Of a stretch of 64,000 nt of DNA, positions 12,540-25,330 are shown piece after piece. Made by a program: the position numbers and the translations under genes. The stretch lies in assembly GCA_024704765.1 (NCBI GenBank), contig JAKMXF010000363.1, forward strand, positions 102,706 through 166,705, read 5' to 3'. The notes beneath the pieces are model-generated. The model ran no database searches. It saw nothing but the letters and a program-made list of their open reading frames with translations, and was not told where the DNA came from. Origin of the DNA: Oopsacas minuta (taxonomy: Eukaryota; Animalia; Porifera). Positions within the stretch are counted from its first letter, which is position 1. Each line of letters opens with the position of its first letter.

Positions 12540-13625
12540 AGTGGTCGGCAATTAGAGGTAAATTACACCATTGGGGGTAACGAGACTAATCCGGAATAAA
12601 ATAGTATGAACGAAACATCATGCCTAGAAATGAGTGCAACTAATTCAAAATTTCCGTAATTAATATTATAATAATAGTAAACAATAAATTTAGCAATTCG
12701 TGTGTATTGATATATCTTGCTCAATTTACTTTTAGTCTCTTTCTGCAGCATTATACATTCTAGAAAGCGTGTATTCAAAGACGAATTCTTGGAGTATGGC
12801 TTCATAGCAACAACCGATAAAGGAGTCATAAAGCCGTAGTGCGTCTTCTGTCTGGCTGTGCTGTGTCCGGAGTCCCTCAAATCATCTCAGCTTCAGAAGC
12901 ATCTGCGCAACAAACACCCAGAACTAGCGGACATGCCAAAGAAATTTTTTGCCCATAAGAGAAGACAAGCGAAGAAACAGAGGCTGGATCTTATGGCAAA
13001 AGTGACATTTGATCAGCAGGACTCCTTAAGAGCAAGCTTGGAAGTCGCATGGCTTATAGCTCGTGCAAAAAAGCCGCACAACATTGGTGAGGAACTAATC
13101 AAGCCGGCTGCAACAAGGATGACAGAGATTATGTGAGGAAGGAGCAAGCAGTGAAACTTGGAACGGTTCCATTGTGAGCAAAAACGGTTTCGAAGAGATT
13201 GGACGTGTTGGCACAGAACATCACGAACAGCTGATTATTTCCATAAAGAAGAGTCGACAGTTCGCAATACATTTGGACGAAACTACGGACGTCGGGAGCG
13301 ATCCCCAGCTCATGGTATACGTCAGATATCGAGACTAATGCAGCCCGCTGGATACTACAACCCGTGGTGTCAACATTTTCAACATGATTGACAATTTTTT
13401 TACATCGCCAGATGTTGATTTGCACTGGGCTGATTGCATTGCAGTTTCAACCGACGGAGCTCCAGCCATGGTTGGGATAACAGGGGATTTGTCGCCCTAG
13501 TGAAGAGAGAAACCCAAGAATCATAACTACACATTGCATGATTCACCGACAAGCATTGGTTGTGAACGCATTGGACCCTGATTTGGAACAATTAATGAAA
13601 ATGTGATCAAGATCATCAACTTGTT
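12540..13625 (+). mobile_element. Partial decayed hAT transposon, Buster/Charlie (ZBED5-like) type
   Basis: Left end cagtggtcggcaa. Translated pieces YGF...P*CVFC..VL...SLKSSQLQKHL..KH, LRASLEVAWLIARAKKPHNIGEELIKPA, LDETTD, STDGAPAM, HCMIHRQAL. Confidence 0.88.
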
Positions 13626-13639
13626 TCAAGAGTTTGCAG

Positions 13640-13770
13640 GATCTAAAATTTGGAACCATTTTAAGCGCTCGGTATGTGGGAAATTAGCTGAGTGTAATTC
13701 CTGTAAAAAGGTACTTAAATGCGAAGGGGGATCAACAAAGGGGCTACACAANACTATCTAATATTGTCAA
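13640..13770 (+). pseudogene. Isolated BED zinc-finger fragment (hAT-type)
   Basis: SKIWNHFKRSVCGKLAECNSCKKVLKCEGGSTKGLH. Confidence 0.65.
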
Positions 13771-13959
13771 ATAAACTGCTTTTAAGTGGTATGAGCCCAT
13801 GGCATTTTCCAATGTTTGAACAACTAGAATTATTTTGATTCTCAAGTAAATATCTAGTAACTATGAAAAACTAGTGATTAGTGTGCAAGAGATTGTATCT
13901 AAGTAACAATATATTGGTTTCGTATTCTATTATCAAGTTGTGAAATGGATTATCACCAT

Positions 13960-14729
13960 GTTTCTTTCTCCAACAATTTTCAGCGAGGTATGCATCCAGG
14001 AGCTCGAGGTTGGCGGTCATGGAATTTCTCATCTATTTTTGGCTTGACTCCAAGTGCTTTCTATTGTTTGTGTGTGAATCTCTGTTCCAGGGACCACAAA
14101 CTGGATACTGTGATTAACAGTCAAATGGGTGAACGTAGCTGGTGGAATAAGATTGTATGAAGCCCATTCATCGCTTAGAATAATAGTACCCGGTTTGATA
14201 TATTATTCTATAATGGGAATCAGTGTAGATGCTGATCTATCTTCAACTGTGACCATGAAAGCTTCTTTGGTCACTCTATCAATCCCACCAAACACCCATT
14301 TTCCTGATAGTTGCCTTCCTCGAGGTACTTTCTTTTCCCAAATTTGCTTTCATCAATCTCAACGATGTGCCCATGCCCTCCGATTGGTTCGGGATTAGAG
14401 AGGTACTTCTCCACACAGATATCCCTCAAGAAATTTTTCCAATCCGTGATGGTGTTTGGAGACCACTTAAGATTCAGGGTTAAGAAATATGTACTTTGTA
14501 GTCCTTCTGCCCAAAAATACAAAAATTCCACCAACTGAGTAAGAGTAATATTGGATCCCTCAAAGAATGATCCTACTCGTAGGGATGCAAATTTCTTGCA
14601 ACCCTTTTCAGGACATCTCCAACCTCTCCCTTCGTGCGCTTTAGAAAATACGCCTTCCGACATGTTTGCCCCGCATTTACATCTCAACCTCTTCGTAATA
14701 ATCCGTGAACCCTTAACCAATCGATACAA
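13960..14729 (-). mobile_element. Decayed Merlin (IS1595/ISXO2-like) transposase
   Basis: N-terminal Cys finger (CKCG...WRC...C), SLRVGSFFE, GG.GHIVEIDESKF.KRKY, WVFGGIDR, ILSDEWASY, TVNHS..FV, HTQTIESTWS; one frameshift and stops. Confidence 0.88.
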
Positions 14730-16509
14730 ATGTCACGATTGATGGTTATCCCTAAGAATAATTCCTTCAATCCAATCTCATCGACGAACGGAAAAGATGT
14801 AGGCATCATTACAGGTCTAAATACGCGAGTAACCATGAAAAATTGCGACAATCGTGAAAAATATGAGTTTGAAATGATATGTAGATGTATTTCTGATATC
14901 GAAATAAATTGTTTATATTTATAGAGATTGCTTAGATATCTACTTGGAGATGATCCACACTATTGATTGGTTTTTATCACTCAGATAGAAAAATCAATTG
15001 TTACTTTTCCAACCATGAAACAGCCATAATACATCAACATTCAAGAAAAAGCATACACAATCCATTTAATAATGTTAAAAACTATACAAATGCAAATAAT
15101 TCGCATGATGAATAATATAATTCATCAACAGTCCATTATAACTCATTGTTTTTATGATGTTATGAGTTTGTTCCAACACGCATGACAGATAACCATCTCT
15201 AACTTGTAAAGGAATACTTAGAATATGCTAAAAGCGGTTCAATTGTATTTAATATAATTCACTGAAGGGTATATTCATTCATTCATATAGGTTCTTTGTC
15301 TTTCTTATAGATTATAATATTGAATCTAACCTTTTGTATTGCTCTTTATTTTGAAACATGACTAAGTCAGAAAATTATCCATTACTCTAATATCAAACAG
15401 CCGTAAAACCAGGTACGTGAAAGCCTCCTTGTCCTTCAGTTCAGGAGATCCAGTAGCAAGCAAGCCCCCTGAAGTGTAAGACGCAGAGGCTTTAACGGAT
15501 TTTGTTATAAGGCTGCTTGTTGCTGGAGTAATGAATAATTTTCGGCCTTATTACAGTTTCCTTAATATGGGAATTTTGCTCGAATTTTCGGCCTTAGCCA
15601 GTGAACCCAATACTTTATTTTACCAATACAATTTGAATTGATTCACAAAGAAACTCTTGCATTAGTTATTTAAAAAGTTACTAGATTGAGTATCCCACAA
15701 CCCAATGCAAAAATAAAGTCATTAGTTTTTACAAGTTCCTCAATCAATTCCAGAAAAACAACCAAAAAATATACATACCATGAAATAAAGTTTCAGGCAA
15801 ATCGGTTGTAATAGAAGTTTCATGCAAGTGCAAAAGGTGTCCTGTGTCATAGTATGATTTAATTAATTTCTAAAATTTCATTGAAAGCTTTGTTTTAAGC
15901 TCACCCTATGCATGCAACAATATTTATGTGCAACATTTTTGCATGCAACTATTAATACACACGCTGCAAAAATTTTGGTGTATACCATCCCATAATACAC
16001 GGTACAACATAGTTGCATTGTGTATAGGGGCTTTACATTAATCAAACGAAAAAGAATCGCTGGAGATTATTAGAAGATGTGATACCGATGAATAGAACTA
16101 ACAACCGTCTCCATTTAAAGTTCAAGTAGTTACTAAATAATCTCTTGATATGTAGCTAATTAACTTAATATCATTATTGCAGATTGTATGTTTACTAAAT
16201 ATGTCTATTTACTTGCAGATTTAAGAGATTGATTAATAGGTAACACAAATTACTTAGACATTGGAATGCTAATTAGGTATGTTGTAGTATTGTATGCACA
16301 CTATTATGCTATTTGCAATACTATTATAGAAATATATTTGGCTTCAATGAAGTTGCAACTTTCCCCATAGACTTTGGCTTATAAGCTAGAATTGCTGTTA
16401 CCTTTTTGTTTCTTGACCTATTTTAGAAATCTCTAGTTCAATCTTCATCTCTCAACATGTTCTATAACGGCTCATATAGCGATTTTTACCATCTTGCAAA
16501 AAGTTAGGA

Positions 16510-17275
16510 GTCTAACATTCTAAAATTGTACCTTGAATCCTTTGAAGCTTTTGAATCTCAGAGCCACTAGTTAAAAAATGAATAGAATTACAGTAATCTA
16601 ATTTACAAGTGATAAATGCGGGAATTAAGCGTCCCAGATTCTTCTTGTCCAAGTATTTACGTATGTTTCTAATATTCCTGAGGGAAATTGACACATTGGA
16701 GCAGACATTTCTGACATGCTTCTTCAAGTTAAGATTAGAATCCAGGACGACGCCTAGGTCTCTAACAGAATCAACTGGTTGGATGTGGTGGCCATCAATA
16801 CATAAATCCAGCTTTGAGATATTTTGCGTAAATTTCGAAGAAAGTAGATATACAGCTTGTTTTATCCGAATTACATCTTAACATATTCATTTTAACAGAT
16901 GAAGATATCAATAAAGCATACATCTAGACATTTAAGTTCTAAACTGAAAGGACTGTGTCTGAGTGTGATATATATTTGAGTGTCATCAGCCTAAATCACG
17001 ATATCAAAATGACGAAGGTGTGCAATTTCTTGTATGGGTGAAATATATAATTTAAAGAGAAGTGGACCAAGTATAGATCCCTAGGAACACCCCAAGAGAT
17101 AGCATAGGGCTCTGAATAAAATTTAGAAATAGGACCAGTTTGTGTGCGATCAGTTAAGTATGATCTAATCAAGCCTAATACGGAATCACAAAACCCAAAT
17201 ATATCTCGAAGTCTTGCAATCAAAAATTTACGATCAATAATATCAAAAGCACTTGTTAAGTCAAGCAAGCTAAAG
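16510..17275 (-). mobile_element. Truncated non-LTR retrotransposon, L2/CR1-group RT fragment
   Basis: LDLTSAFDIID...SYLTDRTQ...GVP; downstream RDLGVVL and CKLDYCNS...IQKLQRIQ. Confidence 0.85.
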
Positions 17276-17367
17276 TTGTATTTTTGGCTGACTAGATCAA
17301 AAGATTAATTTTCTACTATTCGAACAGTTAATAATTCATTATGTCTGATTGAATCATTCAACAGATA

Positions 17368-17527
17368 CAGTGAAAGACACTTAATCGGGAGACGGATAAA
17401 CGTGAGACGCACTTAATCGGAACAAATCCATATCTAACAATAGAAATTTCATCGGATAATCGGGACATTCGGTTATTCGTGACAAAATTCCGACTTCGAT
17501 GACGTCCCGATTAAGTGGCTTCCACTG
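17368..17527. mobile_element. pogo/Tigger-like MITE (160 bp)
   Basis: TIRs cagtgaaagacacttaatcggga / cccgattaagtggcttccactg; TA on the left flank. Confidence 0.7.
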
Positions 17528-19072
17528 TGCTTCATATATTTTTGATTTATCCACAAGTATATGCTTCTATATTTTGCCTCAAAATTCTGGAGTGTACAAG
17601 TCCCGATAAAAGAGTTTGCAACGTATAATCGGAGTTTTGTTGCACTTTACTTCTCGTTCACTCTATCTGCAATCTATAGTCTTGCCTGTTAATGTGAATT
17701 GCACCTAATCCAAGCGCTTTCTATGTTTTCTAATGAATTCATAGACTGGAGATACAAATTTCCCCAAATACATTCATTGATTTTTGTTGAAATGTAAAAT
17801 CTTTGCTCGTTTTCGAAAGTAGATTAAGTCTATGGTGGAATTTGTCTGTATGTATGCCCAAGAATATTTTGCTATTTCAATCAGTTAGATACTAGTCTGA
17901 AACTTTAGGTAAACGTACGACTATGCTAATACCATTTCTTTAAGACCTTAATTTTCTGGAATACAATATGAGCACCGATCGTGCATTAGTTTGAATACAT
18001 TAGGGTCTTTGCAACACTTGATTTGACGATTGTATATTGTCGCTACTTATTTTCCTTTCTCGACAAAATTTGAAATTTCATCAAATTCCAGGTTATACGA
18101 GGGGTACTCAATAACCTTTGAGCCTAAGAATCAAAAAGCATCAATCTGTATATTTATTTTTACTACAATTATTCGAAATAGCATCACTTAGCTTGAATAC
18201 ACTTGTTCATTCGTTTAAACCAAGCTTGAATAGCTTCTTCAAATTCATTTTCGTTGATGTCTTCGATCACATCTTTGAGGGACCCCCCAAGATCAGAATT
18301 CGATGAAAGATTTCTGCCTCTAAGGTATTTTTTATTCTATGAAAGAGCCAGAAGTCGTAGGGTGCTGGATCTGGAGAATGAGGGGGGGGGTAGCAAAATA
18401 TGTAGTCCTGATTCTTCAATGAATTGTCTTGTCATTTTTGATGTATGAGAATTGGCATTATCGTAGCGCAAAAAAGTTCCCCTTAATCCTGTGCAGGACG
18501 CTGTAAATTTATTGCTTTTATGACTAGAGGCAAACAACTCCCGTATACCAGGTTGAATTAATTGTCTTACCGGGTTCCAGAGATACAACAGTTTTGCATA
18601 AATTTTTTCCTGATATACTGAGTTCTGCGAACCTTTGTTGGGGGACTTTCTCCAATTTCACATCATTGACGGCTCTGCTCCTTTGTTTCTGGATCATAGT
18701 GAAAGATCCATGTTTCATCACCAGTTATTATCTTGGAAACATCTCTACTGTTGTCATTGTTGAATTTTGTAAGCATTTCATGGCACCATTTCACTTGATT
18801 CTGCTTCTGCTCAGGATGAAGTTGATGTGGGATCCAGCGGGCGGCACAAAGTTTACGTCGCTGAAGGGATTGGCGTACAACGGTGTGTACTGCTCCGGAT
18901 GAAATGCCAATTTCGTACGGAAACCTCTCATATGTTCTGCTATCACCATGTCCTCAATTGACTCAACAACTCCCTCTGTAACAGCGTATGGGGGTGGTCC
19001 AGGGTGGAGTTGGTCTTCAAGATGAAAATTCCCACTTAAATTCTCTGTACCATCTTTTCACTGTTTCCGCTG

Positions 19073-22000
19073 CACAGTGTGGCAAAATGGCCATAATGGG
19101 GAAATAGGTAAATGAATCTGGAATATCACCACAATTATACTTACATATACTAAATCGACACTGTAGATTTCAAAAATACTAATGATTTTTAGTAGCACGA
19201 CTGTAAACCTAGTTATGACGTAGTTACTGACATTTTCTAATTTTAACACTTGTGGTTCATTAGTGAGGATATTGTGTAGTTGATAATACATGCATGTCAT
19301 GGTCCCTATTCTGCTATTTGATAATGTACAATTTAAAGACCCTTAAATATGTATGACTATTGGATATACCTATTATCATAAATCATCTGATAGTATGCTA
19401 TTATATAATATTTCTTGGAGGCTATTTGCAACGTCTCTTTTCTTCTTTGCGTGCTTCAAACGATTCTGTACTAAGATGGGGTCACTACAACATAACAACC
19501 TGACTAAAATATCTCTAACATTATCTGTGAAAGAAGTTTTTCTTGCAAGATTCTCCCGATACCGCCTTACAAATTTATTGCAGGATTCTAAACATTCCTC
19601 AGAGAGATTCTGTAATCCCTTACCATTATTGTAAGCACCTATTAACTAAAACGAATGGACAAGTAACTTGTGCAAAGATGGAGTGATGCTTGCCCATGGG
19701 TACCCTACTAGAATAAATTCGTACGTTTCTTTGCACAATTCTTACATTTTGTCATAGTTAATCGAGTCACCACTGTTGACGAGTCTTAACAAAGCAAATA
19801 GATTTGTCTGGATCTTCAATAATAATATTTTATCTGAAGGATTAATGGAAGAAGTGGCCCACATCAAAAAGTCTCTCTTATTTAAAAAGCAGTCTCGCGC
19901 AATGTTACCAGTGGTTGAAATGCCGCCCTGGCTTGAAGGGATATCGACACTGAAGTTACATCATTCCTGGAGTATAGTTCGAACCCATTACATGGAAGAA
20001 TTTACTTTCGAGTTTGATGGCACCCATACCTTGTGTCCTGCATCAAGATGGGATATCAACAGCATGAACCAGCTAAGTACACAAAGGTAAGCATCCAAAG
20101 GAGACGCAGCTATAATAGCGATGTTAGAAGTTGGTTGATGCGTAATACCAACATGTTGATTTGATGGGAGTTTCAAGTAATCTTCTTCATCAACCTCTTC
20201 AAAAAGCTGCCGAGCGTCGCTAATTAATCAGTTAATAGGGAAACCAGAATGGGCCCATTCTAAACTTTTAATTTGGCTATCCGTTGCAGTACACAGATGA
20301 CAAGAAGCCCCACCAGCTCCATCCAGCAATCCTGCCATCTTGGTATCAAAAAGGGAACGGACTATCTCGACCTGTGCAAGGCCTCCAATAAGAGATAACC
20401 CATCCTGTATGATATGGTCTGTTTAGGGATTGACTATTGTATTCATGATAAGCTTTACACTAGAATAATCTTCTTTCAAAGCTATCAGTGCTACTGGCCT
20501 AAAGCAGAATGGAGAGTTGGGTGAGCTGTTATAGAACACGTCATTTCCAAGTGTGTCTGTAATTGATGTTACTTTGAATCCGAACAAAATGAAAGTTTTT
20601 GCGCTTAATATAGAATTGTTGCTTTGTTGGTTATAGGTTTGATGGCAACCGGAGCCATCCAATCCATCAGATATCTTAATTTTGAGTGGGTAGTGTGAAT
20701 CAGGAACTGGGTCTAATGTTGAAAGCAAGCGTTGAATGGTCAGACTAAGGATGGAATGATAAGAGACGCAAGTACCAATTGACAATGCTTCGGGGTCTCT
20801 AACTATTTCCATTTCATATGTTAGGCTTATTTCCCTACGATATTGCGAGACAAGCTTATAGGAAGGAAGCTTAACATCACCTTTGAGAATTCTTTTCAGA
20901 TTCGTGTATTTACTCGCACCAAATTCTAAGCTGTCCAATATGTAAGCACATTTAGAGATTTGTACTTTGTTCAATCACCGCTAAAAGATCCCTTATCAAT
21001 TATTTCTCTGCACATATCTGAAGTATCACGATCATAGGATTTATTTGAGACTGATTCTAAAGCTAGAGCGAGTAGTTGTTTAGGCTCAATCTTTTCTCTC
21101 TGCTAGAATTGCACATGCTCTAAAGGAACACCAAGTCTCGATCTGAAAGTCTTCATGTGACATTCGAGAATATGCTTCCGAGATTCAGTTACAATCTGTT
21201 ATGAAAAGTTTCGATTTTCAGAATCAGTGACTAAAGATGAAAATTCAGGATCAAGCGATATTCGCTTTCTCGGATTGGATATTGTTAGATGGGTAGAGTG
21301 GAAAATCATATTACCCATGTTTCAAGATCCTTCCTACGGTAAGCCTCTCTAGATGTTAGAAGTGATTTAAATTTGAATTGGAGAGTAGCAGTTTCTTCAT
21401 CGGACAAGTGGTTGTTCTCAATAAGTTTCCTAACAGAGACTGTAACACTTCTTCCATTCGAAATATACAAACTATATGCCTCATTGTTCGTGATTAGTAC
21501 AGACATGATCCGAAAAAGGGCTACTTTAACATAGAAACAGTACGATATATGGTTGTAGAGTATCGGAATAACTAATAACCAGCAAAATGTAGAATTTTAC
21601 TGAAAAATTTCAAAAGTATGGGAAATATATTTTTCGGATTTTTGTCCGGTCCGGACAATGAATGAGGTCATAAATTTTTGGGCAGCTTTTGGCAAGCCTG
21701 GAAAGTGATTAAATAGTTGACTAAATATTATAACATTACGTATATATTAATAACGTTTTGTCAAATTTTGTCAAACAAGAGATGCTACACTTCAATCAAT
21801 GAGAAAAAATTCCAAATTATAACTTTGGGAGGGCCAAACTAGACACCTGGAAAAAAGTACAAATGAATATCTGGACTAACCTATCAATGATTAAATTGTT
21901 GTTATAATATAGATTTATTATCAGAAGATGTTTTTCACTCTTATGTTTAGTATTTACATCAGTTATGATTACATACATTAGGGCATAGGAATTTGCGGTT

Positions 22001-22178
22001 TGAAAATATATATATCTATTATTAGAAACACATAACAAAGTTGTGCGTAGTTAGAATTCCTAACTGCTTCTAATGCTGGCAATGACACTTTCGTACTAAT
22101 TGAACTATGGAGAATTCGAAGAATGCATTGAAATGTGTTTTTTAAAATATGCCTATTTCCCCATATTGCCACACTGTG
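19073..22178 (-). mobile_element. Complete RAG1-like (Transib/RAG superfamily) DNA transposon, 3106 bp
   Basis: Both ends begin cacagtgtggcaa (RSS heptamer CACAGTG). Perfect 5-bp direct repeat CGCTG at 19068-19072 and 22179-22183. Internal RAG1-core pseudogene. Confidence 0.95.
19376..21506 (-). pseudogene. RAG1-core-like DDE transposase (~700 codons; about 8 stops and 2 frameshifts)
   Basis: NBD-like RKHILECHMKTFRSRL; KISDGLDGSG.H..Y.Q (D1); PNSPFCFRP; LFDTKM (D2); ASCHLC; TTGNIAR; ITPSLHKLLVH; LSEECLESCNKFVRRYR (E3); DILVRLLCCSDP. Confidence 0.93.
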
Positions 22179-23703
22179 CGCTGATACCTTGTTATTTGGA
22201 AAGGCTGGTACAGAAATTTTCGTGACATTCTTTTATTGTTTCCAAAAGTTGGAACTGAAAAAGTACTATCGCATGAATATCACGCCTTGACAACTGTTTT
22301 GAGGATTTGGTAACTAAAGAATCCAAGGATAATAAAACAATGCTATCTGAAAAGTATACCAGATAAAGGTACAAGATTTTCAGCGAAGTATATTCATCCC
22401 ATGTTTATTCGAAACAAGTAATGGTTTACTTATATAAGAGCTCGCAACATAGTCAGGCTCAAAACTTATTGATTGCCCCTCGTAGTAAACTACTATGCTT
22501 TTACCAAGCTCGTAGTGACCAAACAGAAAGTGATCAGGTTGAGACAAGAAAAGCAAGTCCATTTAATCCAGAGTAGCTGAAAAGGTGGTCAGGTTAAAAC
22601 CAACCAGTTGTTGCCATAACAATCAAACAATACATCAATATTCCATTAACATCATCTAAAATATCAGATTGAAAAGATTCATAATTTTTGTATATACTTC
22701 AGGTTATAAGTAAATGAAATTAATTGTGCAATATTTACGAATACGTAATAATAAGATTACCTAGCAAACTTTAAGTATCTATGTGTTGAGATTCGTGAAA
22801 CAAACGAAAGCTTGTGAACAAGAGAGTTTTGTAAACCCCAAATCAAATTTGATGTAAACCTGTTGATTCTTACCATAGGTGCACTGTAGTATTTTTAATT
22901 ATCAGTAAATATGTACGAGCCAAGTGTAGAGTATCAAAGCTTTCTTCATTAAACTGTTCATGATCTACTTGGAAATTCACTTTTCAAAATTCCGTTGATT
23001 GTGTAAACCATTGTTCAAGATTCGAACTTGTCCGCAAGGCCAAAAACAACCGATCAAAAATCATCTGCTGTGAATCAGTGTACCAAATGCAAAGAGGATT
23101 TGTTTAACTGTGTAAACATATGCACTATGTGCATACAAAACTTTTGATACCTGGATATTTGAATTCCTATCTTGGTTTCCAACTTGTACATTTACTCTAT
23201 AAATAGCACAATCAGACAGGGATATTCAGTGGGGCACGAATACTTTTGATAGGGCAGTGTATAATGCTATAATACATCACTGTGTAATGAGTCTGAATGC
23301 ATAAGTCAGAGCTGAGATGAGCAATGAAATGACCATAACTATGAGTAGATTTGTGGTGAGAGGTATGATAAATAGAACCCTTGATTACACAAACTAATCG
23401 AATGATTCAAATCATAAATAGTTATAGTGAACACAGTCCCATGCTAATTCTTAACTATGCTTCAGACACCATTTCCTACTAATACAGATTTACACAATGC
23501 ATTTTCCTCCATTGCCCGGCTACCTCGCTACACACATTTGGTTAAGCATTTTGCTTGCCATTCTATCTATATTTGCCTTCAGTTAATTATCCAGTTTACA
23601 CCTAGGGTGAATGTGACATTATTTTCTTTCTCAAGCTATTTCTACCTAATATGGCCTCCCACTCACCCGTGAAACGTCTTCAAAACTCCTTGAATACGAG
23701 CAA

Positions 23704-23752
23704 TAAGAAAAGGAAGAAAAGAAGAAGAAGAAGAAGAAGAAGAAAAAGAAAA
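23704..23752. repeat. (AAG)n microsatellite
   Basis: aagaagaag... run. Confidence 0.9.
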
Positions 23753-24129
23753 TAATCATTGCAAACAAGCTCACGCGAGACGTACGATGATATCCAAGTA
23801 GACTTCGGGAAGGAGTGGGTTCAAGACGGGCCTTTCTACCATTGAAGATGTCTGTTGCACTCGTAACGAATGGTTTAAAGTAGAAAACGAGAATATGACA
23901 TGGCATACACGAACTCCAAAGTACCAGATCATGAAAGATGTACTATCGCTTTGATTTTCCGAGCTCGTATGTCTGAGGTTGCCATCTCATCTTGAACAGA
24001 TGCTTATAAACTCAGTCAGCGTCTTTCGATCACAGATCTATTCTATTCAAAGATCATCATATCATCTCGGAGGAGCTATTTGAGGGGAGAGTGATGGCAC
24101 TGATATGCAACTTTTCACCTATAAAGTGT

Positions 24130-24345
24130 TCCCACTTCTGTAGATAAAGGGACAGTTTATATCCATTAAATGTCCCAACATCTGTAGATAATGGGACAAT
24201 ATTTAACCATTAAATGTCCCAACATCTGTAGATAAAGGGACAGTGTATATCAATTAAATGTCCCAACATCTGTAGGTAATGGGACAGTTTATATCCATTA
24301 AATGTCCCAACATCTGTAGATAAAGGGACAGTTTATATATATATG
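24130..24345. repeat. Second array of the 44-bp palindromic tandem repeat
   Basis: Same unit as 11288-11505, about 4.5 copies, ending in (TA)n. Confidence 0.95.
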
Positions 24346-24349
24346 CATA

Positions 24350-24880
24350 TTGTGTTCCTTTATCTTGGATAAAGGGACACCTAATTTCAAAACAAGTCCC
24401 TTTATCTGACACATTTTGAAGTAGCCGGAATTGACTAGATCCTAAGCAATTACAAACTGTGTCCCCTTACCTTGGATAAGGGGACATCTAATTTCAAAAA
24501 AGTCGCTTTTCTGACCAAATTTTCAGGTTGTCTGCAGTGGCGTGGTTAGGTATTTGTTTATGGTTGTGCACTGTGGTTCGGGTAGTGGTGAATTGTATTG
24601 GAGGCATAGCAAAGGTGGTCCGCATCATTTGCACATTTCGGACTAACGTCGGATGAAATGAGTAAAATGGTATCGGATATTCAATATATTTATCTCTGAA
24701 TGGTTTGAGATAGATTTGAAACAATTGTACAATCAATTTGTGGAGCTCCATGACAAATAATTATTTAATTACCTGTGTTGTCAGAAATCGATATAATTGC
24801 TATCAATTACAAACTGTCTCCCCTTTTCTTAGATAAGGGGACACAAAATTTCAAGACAAGCCACTTTACTCTGACAAATC
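24350..24880. repeat. Longer degenerate units related to the 44-bp repeat
   Basis: Three hairpins tgt(g/c)(t)ccc...gata(a)ggggaca followed by aatttcaa(a/g)acaagtc at ~24352, ~24458 and ~24815. Confidence 0.6.
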
Positions 24881-25074
24881 TTAATGTTTTCGGAAATCAG
24901 CTTGATTGCACAGCATGTTTCATAAGTTTATATTAGTTCAAGCCATTACCGATCTATATAGTATGCGCCCATTAGGAAACATTCCTAATAGGTATGTTAT
25001 AATTTTTATGCAAACATATTTTACTATAAAGTCTATACATGTCTCTTAATCTATGAATTTTATCAATATATTCG

Positions 25075-25330
25075 CTTTACGGATAGATAGAAGTCGTACA
25101 ACATCCATGTTATTAGGAGCATGGATGTTGTACTACTTCCGTACGTCTGTCCGTTCGAGGGATCCTTCAAAATATGTTAGTCATGATAGACATCAAATTT
25201 GGCACATTTCAAATTTTCCTAGAGATTAACCCATCTGTTAGTCAGGGGTAACCGGGAACCTAAAATATCATTCAAATATTTCAAAAGCATAGACACATAT
25301 TTCATGTGACTAAACATATTTTGACGTCCG
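25075..25330. mobile_element. Possible Helentron-associated (HINE/DINE-1-like) element
   Basis: Hairpin gaagtcgtacaacatccatg...catggatgttgtactacttc followed by ccgtacgtctgtccgt and atcaaatttggcac. Confidence 0.35.

Larger units (their letters stand above)
18098..22482 (-). mobile_element. Decayed mariner (DD34D-type), ~1.27 kb net, interrupted by the RAG1-like element
   Basis: TIRs cgaggggtactcaataacctttgagcct / aggctcaaaacttattgattgcccctcg with TA flanks. The transposase resumes across the insertion (PNNKVS|AETVKRWYREFK); DET-region and DNANSHT motifs present. Confidence 0.9.

Noticed and set aside
15900-16035. Harbinger-like MITE ends (gttgcattgtgtat...ggcttta; also ~11945 and ~29450)
   Set aside because: Only one end is recognisable at each site, with no TSD.
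19060-19066. Heptamer-like cactgtt next to the insertion site
   Set aside because: It is part of the mariner codons (ETV), a single 6/7 match that is likely by chance.
19073-22178. RAG2-like partner gene inside the RAG1-like element
   Set aside because: Only ~300 bp and ~670 bp lie outside the transposase, too little for a six-bladed kelch domain, and no such ORF is seen.
23228-23263. Tc1-like right TIR (cgaatacttttgatagggcagtgta)
   Set aside because: No matching left end or transposase was found.
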